The translations under genes were made by a program, and so were the position numbers. 24,204 bases of DNA from positions 1 through 24,204 of the forward strand of contig JAVKIJ010000047.1 in NCBI GenBank assembly GCA_031459535.1. The letters are read 5' to 3'. Positions 24,104 to 24,204 of this stretch are shown in pieces. Numbering within the stretch: the first letter of the stretch is position 1; each line of letters opens with the position of its first letter. Below the pieces are notes generated by a model that was given only the letters and a program-made list of their open reading frames with translations, ran no database searches and was not told the origin of the DNA. The stretch comes from Candidatus Fervidifonticultor quintus (lineage in GTDB: Bacteria; Sysuimicrobiota; Sysuimicrobiia; Sysuimicrobiales; Humicultoraceae).

Positions 24104-24204
24104 ATGGAGCCTAGCGCGGTGGACAACGCTGACATCCTGGTCGTAAGAGATCTGAACGTGGCGTACGGTGAGTCGAAGCTGGTCTTCGACGCCCATCTGA
24201 GCGT
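24104..24204 (+). CDS. Start of a LivF-like ABC ATP-binding protein (3'-truncated by the window edge)
   Basis: Not in the ORF track. Translation from ATG 24104 gives MEPSAVDNADILVVRDLNVAYGESKLVFDAHLS, the typical 'L.V.DLNVAYG' LivF N-terminus. GTG 24119 is an alternative start. Confidence 0.7.
   Translation, partial: MEPSAVDNADILVVRDLNVAYGESKLVFDAHLS

Noticed and set aside
1-24204. CRISPR arrays, tRNA/rRNA, IS elements, integrases, defence systems, sigma-70/54 promoters
   Set aside because: The window is almost entirely coding with short gaps. I found no repeat-spacer periodicity, transposase or nuclease motifs, or convincing promoter consensus.

Overview
GC-rich bacterial DNA carrying one tightly packed run of about 26 genes, all on the + strand, with partial genes at both ends. 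It looks like a large catabolic locus. Gene order: GntR/FCD regulator (partial), D-2-hydroxyacid dehydrogenase, LeuA/homocitrate-synthase-like DRE-TIM enzyme, ACMSD-like amidohydrolase, M24-fold protein, TctB, an internally deleted (probably chimeric) TctA with no TctC, cupin, a full Liv/HAAT-type ABC importer, isochorismatase-family cysteine hydrolase, Zn-MDR dehydrogenase, second M24-fold protein, second D-2-hydroxyacid dehydrogenase, an atypical second MDR, a four-subunit molybdenum hydroxylase (FAD, 2Fe-2S, split Mo-large and Mo-medium, the same F-S-L-M architecture as Eubacterium barkeri nicotinate dehydrogenase), a cyclic amidohydrolase, and a second Liv-type ABC importer running off the end. 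The enzyme set fits uptake, hydroxylation and hydrolytic ring opening of an N-heterocycle, but it matches no pathway I know. Several enzymes lack the catalytic residues typical of their families. I saw no RNA genes, CRISPR arrays or mobile elements. All family calls come from reading motifs by eye and from recalled reference sequences, not from database searches.
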